DNA of 63,702 nucleotides, counting the filler, from Choristocarpus tenellus KU-1152 (Eukaryota; Protista; Phaeophyceae), in the NCBI GenBank assembly GCA_964200185.2. It is 11 parts of 11 records of this genome, joined end to end, with 100 filler letters (N's around TTAATTAATTAA, not from the genome) between each part and the next. Parts side by side here need not be neighbours in the genome. Positions count along the whole stretch, not along the records: positions 9,679 to 15,056 come from CAXNAD020010983.1; positions 15,157 to 27,097 come from CAXNAD020002056.1; 9 more parts are not named here. One strand, 5' to 3'. The notes under the pieces were generated by a model, which was not told where the DNA came from, searched no databases, and saw only the letters and a list, made by a program, of their open reading frames with translations. This document shows positions 12,958 to 24,932 of this stretch, one piece after another. How positions within the stretch are numbered: position 1 is the first letter of the stretch; the number at the start of each line of letters is the position of its first letter. Position numbers and translations under genes: made by a program.

Positions 12958-13877
12958 TTCAGCTCTGCCAGCGATACCATCAGCGCGTAACAACCAAATG
13001 GAAGGCCACATAGATATAGCTAAGTAGCTAATTGATTGCTCCAAACAACCTCAGGACAATCGTTCAATAGATAGAGAGTAACAAGACAAAGGATGACCTC
13101 ATTTTCCGAGTCCTATACCCATTGTGATATCCTAGAAGACGTGAATAACTCACCATGTGCAGGGGTGTCCAGTTCTCGACAGGGAATCAACTCAGCAGAC
13201 GGATCTCGACAGCGTCGGATACAAGAGTCGATTAACGAAATATCAAGGTATCCCTCTGCACGTCATGTCTTTAACATTTGCTCCCGCTTCACCCCCAACC
13301 GAAGAGATGTGGGGTGTGGCTCTGCTACAGTACAGGTGGACGGATGGTGGGCGGAGCACTAACCAATCAAGTTAAAGGGTTAGGGAAAAGATTCAGAAAA
13401 TCAAAATATCTCCATTATCGGGTTGATGGGGCATAAGCTAGCGTTTTTAATAGGTGCCTTTTATTGGTTGACCGACCAACTTTCATATACCGACGTATCC
13501 AGAAATTACGCGGGTCAATTGGTTGTTTAAGGGTGGAGACACTAATCCACTGATACAAGGCTCACAGATTTTTGGGATTCCTACGGTTGTGGGGGTTAGG
13601 TAGGAGGCATATAATATTTTACTGCAGTATTGTGAAGATGGTTTATACGACACCTCTACCAAAACATGTACACTAAAAATATAAAGGTCATGTCTGATGT
13701 AGGAGCATCTTCCTCAAAAAAGCATTTCAAGCTTATGTTTAGGAAGAAAATCCGATCACAACGAAAATGGGTGATAGTGTCATTTGGTCCCTTGTATTGC
13801 CCGTTACTAACATAACTATCAACATATGTACACACTCAGGAAATTACTGTTACAATAGTCACTACTATACCAAATAT

Positions 13878-14375
13878 CACTATTACCGTTCAATGTAGTT
13901 TATCCTCAACACCTTCATAGTGGAAAGTTTTGGGCGCCTTGGTAAGCAAGCAGAAAGTTTCTCCATGAGTTGGATACACACGTGGTAGGAGGGGGAGGGC
14001 CGGGACGCTGCAGTAGGAAAGGAGCTGCCAAATCCCGTTCACGACAGATAATGTCTGTCACAACACAAGTGACTCTATCAAGATCTGGGCACGCGTCTTA
14101 GCCTGGAGACACCAGGGAGATGGGCAAATAGGGGCCAGTCAGGTTCTTGGGATGCTTCCCTACGGTGTAGGGCTAACCAAGCTAGGTTGGAGGAATAGGA
14201 GGGGAGTGGTGTAGCATAGCTGGTAGTAAAATAGTAAATAGATTACAGGTATCTTTCACATTTACGACAACTGTTACTTTTACAGGGGTTCTTATGATAT
14301 TGAATTGACTTTTCATTGACTTTTCCCCTGACACATCTGGAAAATGTCAGAGGGGCATGATAATAATGCATAATA
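13878..14375 (+). mobile_element. CRE-like non-LTR retrotransposon 3' fragment with 3' UTR and (ATA)-rich tail
   Basis: Encodes ESFGRLGKQAE... and aligns to 3953-4300 (reverse complement) and to 20662-21575. Confidence 0.7.
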
Positions 14376-15156
14376 TAGTAGTACCGTTATTCTAGCGTGA
14401 AGTATTTTGGAAATGACCACCACCATTTTAATTTGTATATTTGTACGAAGTTGTATCCTTGATCTCCATTCCTTCCCTTCCCTGATCCTCATACATCTAC
14501 AAAATGTTGGTGGGCATACTATAATAATATAAGGAGTATATAATCATATTTCCCACTTTCAAGACTCTCCCCTGACTTGGAAATCAGGACATGAAGATGG
14601 TGTATGGGGGCATGACGTTAAGTAATTGAGGCAAACACGGTGCTACATATATCATCAACACTCCAACTCTTCTTAATCATACCACCATACCACCTTAAAA
14701 ACTGAACCCGGCCTTATTGAAATACGAGTGGCGGTATGCCTGGATGCATACATGTTAATGACGACATGGGGAGGCACATGCCACAATTCAATTTAACAAA
14801 ATTGGTTCAGATTATAGCACTGTCCACTGCCTTTTTCCATCAATACATGTTACTGAAATGTAAGAAGGCAAAGGAGAAATCATATCCAACAAGGTTCTGG
14901 CCTACAGTAGTCGCCTTACAAGGAGGATTGTCTCTCCTTATTTTTAAGTGTTGAAAAAACACACTTATTTACACAATATGTCACGCAAACATGAAAATCA
15001 GGGGAGGAAGAGAAAGATTGTAGAGTGACGGGACTACAGACTCAAAGTATGAGGGGNNNNNNNNNNNNNNNNNNNNNNNNNNNNNNNNNNNNNNNNNNNN
15101 TTAATTAATTAANNNNNNNNNNNNNNNNNNNNNNNNNNNNNNNNNNNNNNNNNNNN

Positions 15157-15176
15157 CCCCCCAGATACTTTGAGCC
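15157..15176 (+). mobile_element. MITE family 2 terminal inverted repeat at contig start
   Basis: CCCCCCAGATACTTTGAGCC. Confidence 0.75.
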
Positions 15177-15465
15177 ATTTATTGGCAAGTTCCCCCGCTT
15201 TAAACTTAAAAAAAAAGAAGCAATACCTCAGCCACTCTTAAAAATCTACCACAAAAACAAAAACCAGTCCCACTTCATTCTACGCATGATAACACTAGAA
15301 TGTCCAAGAATTCTCTTGACAGCCACTTTGTAAAAAACCCAATTTACTCCTTGCAGTTAGCATAATCACAATTTGTGTAGTCAGGTAACTGATCCCTCGA
15401 CCCATTCTTCCATAAGTCAAAGTCTCTCTCCAAGAGTAATGCCACTCTATCTAGTACCGAACAGA

Positions 15466-15727
15466 GAGTGAAAGTATCGTAAAATACGAGTTTTGCCCTG
15501 TTTGTCCATTTGGGGCTTGGCTTCCCATGTTTTTTTTTCATTACATGTTCCTTCTCCAAAATGTTTAGGAATAGGTAAAGTGTGTGTGTTATGAAAAGGT
15601 GTGTCCATCCAGAACATGGATATTGACACTTCCTAACAAACACGATAGCCAAAATTGAATCGAAATCGCAACATTGGATTTTGGCCGCCAAATGGACACG
15701 GCTCTACCCTTTAAGATAGTTTGGCTC
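15466..15727 (-). mobile_element. MITE family 1 (Sola-like), full copy
   Basis: GAGTGAAAGTATC...GATAGTTTGGCTC. Removing it restores the copia RT GYL-FGT reading; TSD CAGA with one base lost. Confidence 0.85.
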
Positions 15728-16084
15728 AGATACCCTATCTCTCTCTCAGCATTCAGCCAATTAGACCAACAAATATTCTCCACACATGATACCCACCTTG
15801 AAACTGCAAAGACAAATAAGGTTCTAGTCATTATTGACGCTCACTTAATCCCGCCAACCATTGATCTGTTAGCCGTCCAGAACAGGACCCTCCTGCTCCA
15901 CTCTCTTGTTGAGGAAGGGTAGTCGTAAGTGCGTCAATACCATATCTCTCCACCAGGTCTTCCATACACAAGCTCTGGTCCATCATCACAAGTGTCTCAG
16001 CCTTCCTGTTCCTCCTGGTCCCGAAGTCCATGAACTTGATCACCTCACACAAATTCATCGTCCGGATATTCGCCCAACAGGAAA

Positions 16085-17975
16085 TGTTGAAACCTTGGAT
16101 TGAAGGAGTCGTGCTCTTGTACGGTGGCAGGTTGGTTGTGATGAAGGGTTATCATAGTGCAATGAAGCACCAGTGAATTCATGCTGATGAACCCAGTGAC
16201 ATGATGTGCATATAGTCAGAGGTTATTTGGTAATATGTCGTGGGTATTCCTTGACACGCTCAAAAGAAGAAGCACATGTTCTGAGTAGAAACTTGACACC
16301 TCGTGAAGAAGGGTTTATGAAGAAGTTTCAACTCTGAATGTATTATATCCTGTTGTGTAGAGGTACTCTTAGTACAAAGTGAACTTGGTGTCTTAGGAAG
16401 GGGTAATGCAAGCCAGAAAAAGAAAATCAACATATGAGACGCAACTGATGGCTCTGATGTGAAGATCAAAAGAAAAACAAAGAAACAAACTTGAATCAAT
16501 GTCTACCACAATTCAAATGACACATACTATGCTTGTATGGGTCAAAGTATCTGGGGGGGGGCGTTGCACTGGGGCGTCCAAATGGGCCCTCCTATATGTG
16601 TTGGAAATGGTATGAATATGTTGTGAAAAACGCACAAATGGAGTGCCAGGTTGGTCTTTTTGGGGTGGAATATTGCATAGTCTGCATCTAGTGTGTGTAC
16701 TTGGAGTTTCGGATGTTCGAAAAGTGGCCTCTTTTGAGGTCGATTTCTCTGGTGGGGTGTTTGGGTTTTTGCATATTGTGGAGTGTGGATTGGGTTGGAT
16801 CATCTCTTGTGATTTCATCGCCTTGCTGAAGTGGGATTAGTGTCGATTGAGGTGGGGATTTAGGGATTGTCATTTCCAGCGTTAAGCAATATATGATTGT
16901 CAATTGATGGAGAGGGCATCGTCAATTGGGGAGGGGTAAGAAGGGTTAAGAAATTTGTGCGAATTCTATGTAAGTTAAGGGTGTGCGAGGGGATGAGTTG
17001 GCGACAGGTGTGTAATTACGTGACGTTTGTGTATTTTGGAGGTATATCAATTATGTCCTTTGTGGAGCGGGCATGTGATATCAATGTCGAAAAAGCGTGT
17101 TACGTGGGAGAGATGGGAATGCGGGATCCTTGATTGTTGTCTTCGTCTTTGTAAAGGGTGGAAGGAGAAACGCCGCATATGAAAGACCACACTAGAAGGG
17201 GGGTGCGACGAATTCTTTGCTGCGGCGGTGATGTGTGTGTTATTATTTGCGATGTGACAATATATATCTGCCTTTTCTAGGAAGAACACAGAGTAGAACT
17301 AAATCAAAGTTTCCGATGTAAAAGCTCAATACACATACATTTGTAACTTCTCCACACATGTAATATACATACCAGTGGCCGTAAGGAAATAATTTGACTA
17401 AGAAACAGGTTGCAACCGTCTGTGAAGTAAAAATCAACACAAAACCCAAAGGTGAGGCAGCACACGTACACGCGAAAGGGAGAACATAGACATAACACCC
17501 AATTGTAATTGAAATGGAAAAAATGGACCCTGCCTCGACAACACACGTCTGACCTCAACTAAGATATAGGGCAGGATGTCCCACGGGAGGCATATGTTTG
17601 ACAGATGTCGACTGTTCCATACTTCCTATGCACCATGATGTTCTAACAGTAGTTGATGATGCTATGATGAGGTGGTGATGATGTAGATGTGACTAACGAC
17701 CAGTACCGATGTGCGAATCAACATTCAGTATGAACTGTTAGTAACTACTACTGTATCGTATGAAATACACAAAAAAAAATAGTAGCCTATATCAACCGCT
17801 CCATACTCCTATGCACCATGATGTTCTAACAGTAGCTGATGATGCTATGATGAGGTGGTGATGATATAGATGTGAGTAGCAACCAGTACCGATGTGCGAA
17901 TCAACAGTCAGTATGAACTGGTAGTACTGTATACTGTACCAAGTACACTAAAGATGATGAGTCTATGTTTTGACA
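16085..17975 (-). mobile_element. Solo LTR carrying a 1.05-kb insertion and an internal ~180-bp tandem duplication
   Basis: TGTTG...TGACA ends with a perfect 5-bp TSD GGAAA (16080-16084 / 17976-17980). Inverted homolog of 24244-24932. Strand is assigned only relative to that copy. Confidence 0.85.
16540..17592 (+). mobile_element. 1053-bp insertion with a MITE-family-2-type TIR at one end
   Basis: Absent from the 24244-24932 LTR (empty site). Flanked by TATG/TATG; begins GGTCAAAGTATCT(G)n. Confidence 0.7.
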
Positions 17976-20821
17976 GGAAATTATTGTTCAGTCCCTCGAT
18001 GATACCAACCACGTAGTCTGACCCTGGTTCCTCAGCCATCAACGTGTCATGTCATCCACATGGACAATCATAAACATCACAGCCTCACCATTCATTTATC
18101 AATCAGAGTAAAAGTGGATCTAAATTCCAGTTCTGAGATGCCTGGACTATCTCATACAAAGACTTCTTCATCGGCCCTCCTACCCCATCGAGCTTTACTT
18201 CCCTGCAGTCCTAACCCCTCCTTTGGACCTCTACACTCTTCCTTCTCGTCCGTCTGGCTCAGTCGAAAACCCTGTGCCTATTTTATGGGCAAGCTACTTG
18301 GATCTTTCCCAATCTGTTGTGTAGACACGCCATTTCCTCTTTCAGCACACCCAGTTCCACAGGTAACTCCTTCGACTCCATTGCCTTCCCATCGTCCTAA
18401 GTCCTGGGGAATGAGCTTGCTTCCCCATTCACAACCAAATCCATCAGTTGTTACAGCACGCTTCAAAAGCTTACCTCCACTGGATGTGTAGCTCCAATCC
18501 ACAGGCCTGTCGATGGTGCTGATGCTCGTACAAGCCTCCTAAAAGATTCCAACAGTTAACAGGTCCAACGCACGTCAGGTCAGCAGATAAAGGCACTTTT
18601 CTCAGTCGATAGCCCCTGATTGGTGTCAGTTAATTAATCAAATATCAAAAAGCGGGCCATGTGGCACTGAAACACTTCTTTTAACAACATCATCCACCTT
18701 TTTAATATTTACAGACGTTCCAGTACATCTGCAAACCGTTGCATACATACCCAAGTTACAGATCTTACTCTGCAACCTTTAGCAAATCGGAGTTCCCCCT
18801 TAAGGGGTCTCCACGCGTGTATAATGCTTGTGTTATTCACCTGAAACATAGTCTCCTCTCACATCTTCACAGTTTATACTCCAATGGTTCGCCTGGTTCA
18901 GGTGAAGGGTCACTGTTGGGATCCACATGTCGAGGTAACATCTTTCTCACACTCCCCTGTTGTGACATTGGATCCACATTACCAAGGGCCTGTGTACAAT
19001 TTTCCATCCAACCCCACTGTATCCATATCCAACTATCCTGAGATGCCTGCCATCACAATATGTAGCATAACATCCCAAGCAGCATCTCACCTGGACTCAT
19101 CCACAGTCCTCCAAGTTGGACCTGGCTGGTTCCACTTCCTCAGGGCATCAAACCCCCTTCCCCAAATCTACATTTGGGGACTTTCAGTGGGGATTAACGG
19201 GCGTTGGTGACAGGTTAGTAGTAAGAGTATCAGTAGTCCACAATCCTAGTCAATCCCATAGACCAGCTGCCTGCATAATGACCATCCCTTTCTCAGCTAT
19301 CAGTGCAATGACCCGTTTCACTTTCCCGTCGAGTTGAGGAGTTCCAGGCACCGTGGACTCATGCCTTATCTTGTGTTCATTCGGTACCTCCTCAAATTCA
19401 GCATTTTTGAAGTCTATTCCCTTATCAATCCCCACACACCTAATGCTTGTGTTCTCCACATGTACCACATCATAGAGAAATGTCTTGGCAGTCTCGCACT
19501 TGGATCTCAGGAATTCATTCCACCCGATCCCGGTCTGGTCACAGTGACAGACCATTAGCATCAACTACAGGATGCCTCCTTGGCAGCTTGCCCTAGACTT
19601 CGGACCACTCAGATCAATGAAAGCTCTTCCCAGGCATTTCTCCGATCTGCTCAACATCACCTTCAGGACTGGTTCCGATGAGCCCTGCCAATAGCACATA
19701 CCTTGCAATACTTCTTTCTCTCACCAGACAAAATAATACCACGTTCTTCGTTTTATTTTCAAACCACCGCCTCAGGCCAATGTCCCAGTTGGTGATACAT
19801 CCGACGGATGTTAACACATGTGGCAGGTCTCATTCCCCCACTTGGATCCCATTCATTCACTCCAGTCGACCTCCCAAGATCGACATCAGCTCTGGCCATC
19901 CTTGAGACTAGCCTCTCCTCCTCATTATTTCCCCCTAGAAGGGTTTCATCTCCTTCAACCCCCCAAGGGTACGCTCTTTTGTCGCCACAACATCCCCCTG
20001 TGACACTTTACTCACTCTAGATCAACCTCTCCAAGACGATATCTTCATCAGCCCTTTTTCGGGGCGAGTTTGTTCCTGCCTCCCTCTCGGCAAGACCTAT
20101 ATCAGGTGGTGGTCCTGTGATGGGATCAGGAAGTGTCATTAGGTCCCTTCAACTGATTTTCAAACCAAAAATCCATAGTTCTTCCCAACTATATTTCTAT
20201 AAACTGCAATCCAGGTCCGCCAGAAGAATAGGGTTAATTGAAAATAGCTTTCCCCTTTCCAATACAATTTTCTCCCTGATTGTGTTTAGCTTGAGTCAAG
20301 AAGAAGAGATTGAGCTTTAATCCAGGGACCACGGACACATTATGCAGATTAAAGTTGAAACCTTCCCCGTCCTGAATACAACACCAATCATTTGAGAGAT
20401 CTGAAGACCCTCGGATATTGATGATTTCTTAGAGGAACTACCACCTGAGAAAGTGCTGAAAGAGGCATAGCAGCATTGTACACCGCATTGTAATTTCGAT
20501 TTCTTATAGGAGTGGTGTAGTATAGGTGGTAGTCAAATAGTAAATAGATTTTGGAGGGATATGTTTCTCATTTACGATAACTAGGGGTCCTTATGATATT
20601 GAATAGACTTTTCCCCTGACACATCTGCAAAATGTCAGAGGGCAAAACAATATAAATATGGGATGGAAAGTTTTGGGCGCCTTGGTAAGCAAGTCGAAAG
20701 GTTTCTGGATGAGTTGACTACACACGCGGTAGGGGGGAGAGGGTGGGATGCTACAGCAGGAAGGGAGCTGTCAAATCCCTTTTACGACAGATAGTGTCTG
20801 TCACAACATAAGTGGGCTCCA

Positions 20822-21084
20822 GAGTCGAAGTATCTTTGAGTAGAGGGTAGAGCCGCGTCCGTTTGAGGCCAAAATCCAATGTTGCGAATTTGATGTAATT
20901 TTGGCTATCGTGTTTGTTAGGAAGTGTAAATATCGTTGTTCCAGACAAATCTTTTCATAACGCATACGTTTTACCTACTCCGAAACATTCCGTAGTAGGA
21001 AAAACGTCGTAAGAAACCCGTGGGAAGCCAAGCCCCAAACGGACAATCAGGGCAATACTCATACCCTTTAAGATACTTTCACTC
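20822..21084 (+). mobile_element. MITE family 1, full copy
   Basis: TIRs present; perfect 4-bp TSD TCCA; empty site visible in the copies near 14070 and 4095. Confidence 0.92.
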
Positions 21085-21201
21085 TCCATCAAGATTTGTA
21101 ATGCGTTTAAAGCTGGAGACACCAAGGAGACGGCCAAGGAGGGGCCTGTCAGATTCTTTGGATGCTTCCCTACCTCCTCGCCCAGGGGTGTAGGGCTATG
21201 T

Positions 21202-21383
21202 AACCCAAAGTATCTGGAGAGGGGAGGGGGTTCTTCACCAGGGTATCCATTTCGACCAAAATCAGGAAAAGTGCACTTACATTATTCATCCTACGTATGC
21301 AACCAAATCACTCAAAAATCGCGACATGGAAATTAAATTGTCCCTAAATGGAAAGCCGCCACACCCCCCAGATGCTTTGAGTC
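21202..21383 (-). mobile_element. MITE family 2, full copy
   Basis: (AAC)CCAAAGTATCTGG...CCCCCCAGATGCTTTGAGTC, inserted in the LINE 3' UTR; TSD degenerate. Confidence 0.8.
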
Positions 21384-21976
21384 AGTTAGGTTGGATTCAT
21401 AGAAGGGGAGTGGTGTAGCATACCTGGTAAGTAAGATAGTACTCCGAGTATATAGATGATAGAAAATGTACGAAACCTGTTACTTTTTCAGGGGTTCTGA
21501 TATTGAATTGGCTTTTCATCAGTTTTTCCTCTAACGCATCTGCGAAATGCGAGAGGGCATAATAATATAATAATAGTGGAGGATCTTTCGAGATAATGAT
21601 CCTTGGAACCTCTTCGAGAGACCAGTTCCACGGATATGGAACAGCTCTTCATTCAGAGTTGTCAAACATCAAAGATTCACTTTGTTCTCCAACTTGATAT
21701 TTCTGATGTCCTCCTCTCACAAGATCCTCGGGCAGTCAGTCTCCACAGTATTGTGCAAGTCCTTGTAGTTTTAACTTGTCCAGCCTTAACCTCGTCCTCT
21801 CGGTTACGGTTCATCTTAGTCCGTCTGGCCCATCTTGCCCGGTGATACTCTTCACTACCCGTGCCTGAATGAACCACCAAATCGCAGAATCACGTGATAC
21901 ATATTGGCGACACAGGTGACCTCAGACGTAGGGTGAGGGGTGAAAATTTTGTTTGATCACTAACCAAACATACCGA

Positions 21977-24050
21977 ATGTCAACGCCAGAAAAAAAAAGC
22001 CCTGAACAGGAGTGCCTGGATAAACATCTCTAGGAACCAAGAGAAGAGGAAGAACAGAATGATGATGCAAACGACGAGTCAGTGTAGGATGTGGGGTCCT
22101 CAACAAACCATGATTCTGATTTCAACTCCTCTAGTCAGTCCTCATCGTCGACTAACAACGTAAGAAAAGCGAAACATAAGCGAGGGTCTTCAGATCTCTC
22201 CAATGATTGTTGGTGCTCTGCGTGTCACTGGAAGATTGGTTACCATCAAGAAATGTTCTCGATATTTGTTCGGAACTGCGGAGCTGTCCAAGAACCTATC
22301 CGTGTGCATGGTGATACGATCAGGCATGAGACCTTAGAAGAGTAAGAAATCCCAATGCCAACATTGCTACTATGACTCTTTCAACATTTTCTCATATGAC
22401 AGCTCCTCTATGAAATCATCAGTATCCGAGGGTCTTCAGATCTCTCCAATGATTGTTGGTGCTCTGTGTGTCACTGGAAGATTCGTCACCATCAAGAAAT
22501 ATTCTCGATATTTGTTCGGAACTGCGGAGCTGTCCAAGAGAACTTATCCGAGGTTCATGGTGATACGATCAGGCGTGAGACTTTAAGAAGAGCAAGAAAT
22601 CCCAATGCCAACATTGCTACTATGCCTCTTTCAACATTTTCTCATATGACAGTTCCCCATTGAAATTATTAATGTTAGAACATTAGTAAAGGTTTACTAC
22701 TGTTCTAACAATCAATATCCGAGGGTCTTCAGATCTCTCCAATGATTGTTGGTGCTCTGCGTGTCACTGGAAGATTCGTTACCATAAAGAAATGTTCTCG
22801 ATATATTTGTTAGGAACTGCGGAGCCGTCCAAGAACTTATCCGAGGTATGGTGATGATCACGCAAGGGATTTTGGAGAGTAAAGAAGTCCCAATGCCAAC
22901 ACCCCACCGCTCACTAAGATTTTCGGGAGGTTACTCCATCCAAGTATAAACTAGCTAACAAACTGTGTGGTTAGAGATCGTGATAGAGAAGGCTGGTATT
23001 CGAGTTCTAGAGACGTATTGCTCCAGGTTCCCTCTTTCCGGACAAGAATGCCGATCGATTTGGACACGGATGATGGAGCCCTCCAGGTTTGCTCCCAACT
23101 GAGCCTTGACTTGGCGTATCGCCGCACGTCAATGGAGGATTTGTGCACAAGCATAGCGGACACTTACCCAGGCATGCGAGTACGCCAGATCTGGCCAGCA
23201 TCCAATGACGGATGGACAGCATTTACAGCCCGAAAGGCTGGACACCTAATAGTTGTCTTTCATGGGACATCCTAACTTGACGAACTAGCTCAGTATGCCG
23301 AAAAGGCTCTCCGTGGGGCACGGTCCCACCGCTTTCACAAGGAAGGGTGGGGAGTGTACTCCGTCTGGTGGGAAACACTGGAAGAGGTGGGCCGACACAG
23401 TTTGAAATGAACGGTACGACCGATCGGACTAACGCTGTATTATTTTAGCGCCTAGGAATGGTATTTCCCTCACCACCTAACTTGTAACTCGTTGCTTGGT
23501 CTCTGGACAGGTGTGGACCAAAGATGGTGTCCCCCAGGATGATGGTTCCGAGACCTCTCTCGAGGCGGAAGTCCTCGATGCATTCGCCCGTGGAGATCGA
23601 GTTTGGTTCACAGGGCACAGCAAGGGTGGAGCGGTAGCCGCTGTGGCAGCAGCACTTATTCTGTTTGGGGACAATGGTGAAGAGACAATGACCTACACTG
23701 AACCTATCAATTTGTCTGTGATCACAATCAATGCACCCATGTCCTTTTCGCCGCTCCTTGCAGAGGAGTATGATCGTCGGTGTGCGAAGCAGGGGGTCCG
23801 GCACCTTCGCTCTGAAGAACGGGCGGATAAGTTCCATAAATTCCCATGGTTTGGTGGTTTTCAGCATGTTGGGGAACAACGATCGAAGGGTAAAAGTCTC
23901 AGGAAGAAACCGAGCCTACTCTTTGCAGCAGCCGCCTCGGCGGCACTGTTTACGTCTGTGGTTGTTTCCGAGATTATTGGTGCTCATGGAGAAGGAGCAG
24001 ATGAAGAAGGAAAGCCAAAGCAGGAGAAGAAGATATCTGCACGTAGGTGA
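21977..24050 (+). pseudogene. Class-3 (fungal-type) lipase gene with acidic N-terminus and triplicated Cys-rich segment; disrupted by in-frame stops
   Basis: IVVFHGT, then VWFTGHSKGGAVA (GxSxG at 23613-23627), D and FQHVG. Intron 23387-23510 (GT-AG, phase 0). Stops: TAG 22031, TAG 22085, TAA 22880, TAG 22952, TAA 23273. Confidence 0.75.
22181..22900 (+). repeat. Three tandem copies of a ~250-290-bp unit
   Basis: CGAGGGTCTTCAGATCTCTCCAATGATTGTTGGTGCTCTG recurs at about 22181, 22427 and 22720. Confidence 0.92.
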
Positions 24051-24243
24051 TTTTTCTCACTGCGATCTATGCATCAGATTTTCATGGCAGACAGATGAGG
24101 ACTGACTGGATATTTTGGTCATCATGGTAGCCCTTTTCAGGGTCTGATCTCCTTTCTGGTAGTAAAGAGTGGATGGATGGTAGGGCTACTCATCATTCAA
24201 GTCAACTGAGGTTATGGCAATTGCACGATAGAGATTGCCCTGC

Positions 24244-24932
24244 TGTTAAAACATAGGCTACTCATCTTTTGAGTTCTTGATACGACAATGTCCTACCAGT
24301 TCATACGGACTGTTGATTCGCACATTGGTACTGGTCGTTACTCACATTTACGTCATTCGCACCTAATCATAGCATCATCATTTACTGTTAGAACATCATG
24401 GTGCATAGGAAACATGGAACAGTTGTCATCTGTCGAACATACAAGCATAGTATGTGCCATATGACTTGTCACAGATATTGATTCAAGTTTGTTTCTTTGT
24501 TTATTTTAATCTTCACATCAGAATCACCGGTAGTGTATCACATGTTGATTATTTTTTTCTCTGGTTGGCATTTCCCCCACTTAAGACACATTAAGCTCAC
24601 TCTGCATTAAGTGTACCTGATACACAACTGGATGCCATATATTCCGAGTTAAAACATCCTCGAAAACCCTTCTTGACAAGCCTCTGCTTAGAGCATGCAT
24701 ATCTCCTTTGAGCGTGTCAAGGAATACCCACAAATTTGTACCAAATAACCTCTGACTGTGGACAGCATGTCACTAGGTTCATCGGAACGAATTCACCAGT
24801 GCTTCACTGCATTATGACACCGCTTCTCTACTAACCTATCACTCCACAAGAAAGCACGATTCATTCAATCTCAGGTTCAATAGGTTATGAGCCTCACACG
24901 ATTCCCCTTCACTTCAATCTCAGGTTTCAACA
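24244..24932 (+). mobile_element. Solo LTR (689 bp)
   Basis: TGTTAAAA...TTTCAACA ends; flanks CCTGC/CCAGC (4/5 TSD match); homologous to 16085-17975 (reverse complement). Confidence 0.8.

Larger units (their letters stand above)
15250..20500 (-). mobile_element. Degenerate Ty1/copia LTR retrotransposon (integrase, RT, RNase H start), interrupted by a MITE and a solo LTR
   Basis: Integrase-like IRCVGIDKGIDF...PGTPQLDGKVKR (19250-19564). RT motif MIVHVDDM (about 18045-18070). RT C-terminal part DQSLCMEDLVERYG...MTR..FAVSR....W..AER.IGYL|FGT and YTNCDYA (15344-16058). INT precedes RT, as in copia. Many stops; boundaries approximate. Confidence 0.75.
20508..21575 (+). mobile_element. CRE-like non-LTR 3' fragments (3' UTR 20508-20660, then ORF end and UTR 20662-21575), interrupted by two MITEs
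   Basis: Collinear with 13878-14375 once 20822-21084 and 21202-21383 are removed. Ends GAGGGCATAATAATATAATAAT. Confidence 0.75.

Noticed and set aside
22181-22900. Possible CRISPR-like array
   Set aside because: Units are 250-290 bp and homologous throughout, with no unique spacers and no cas genes; eukaryotic context.
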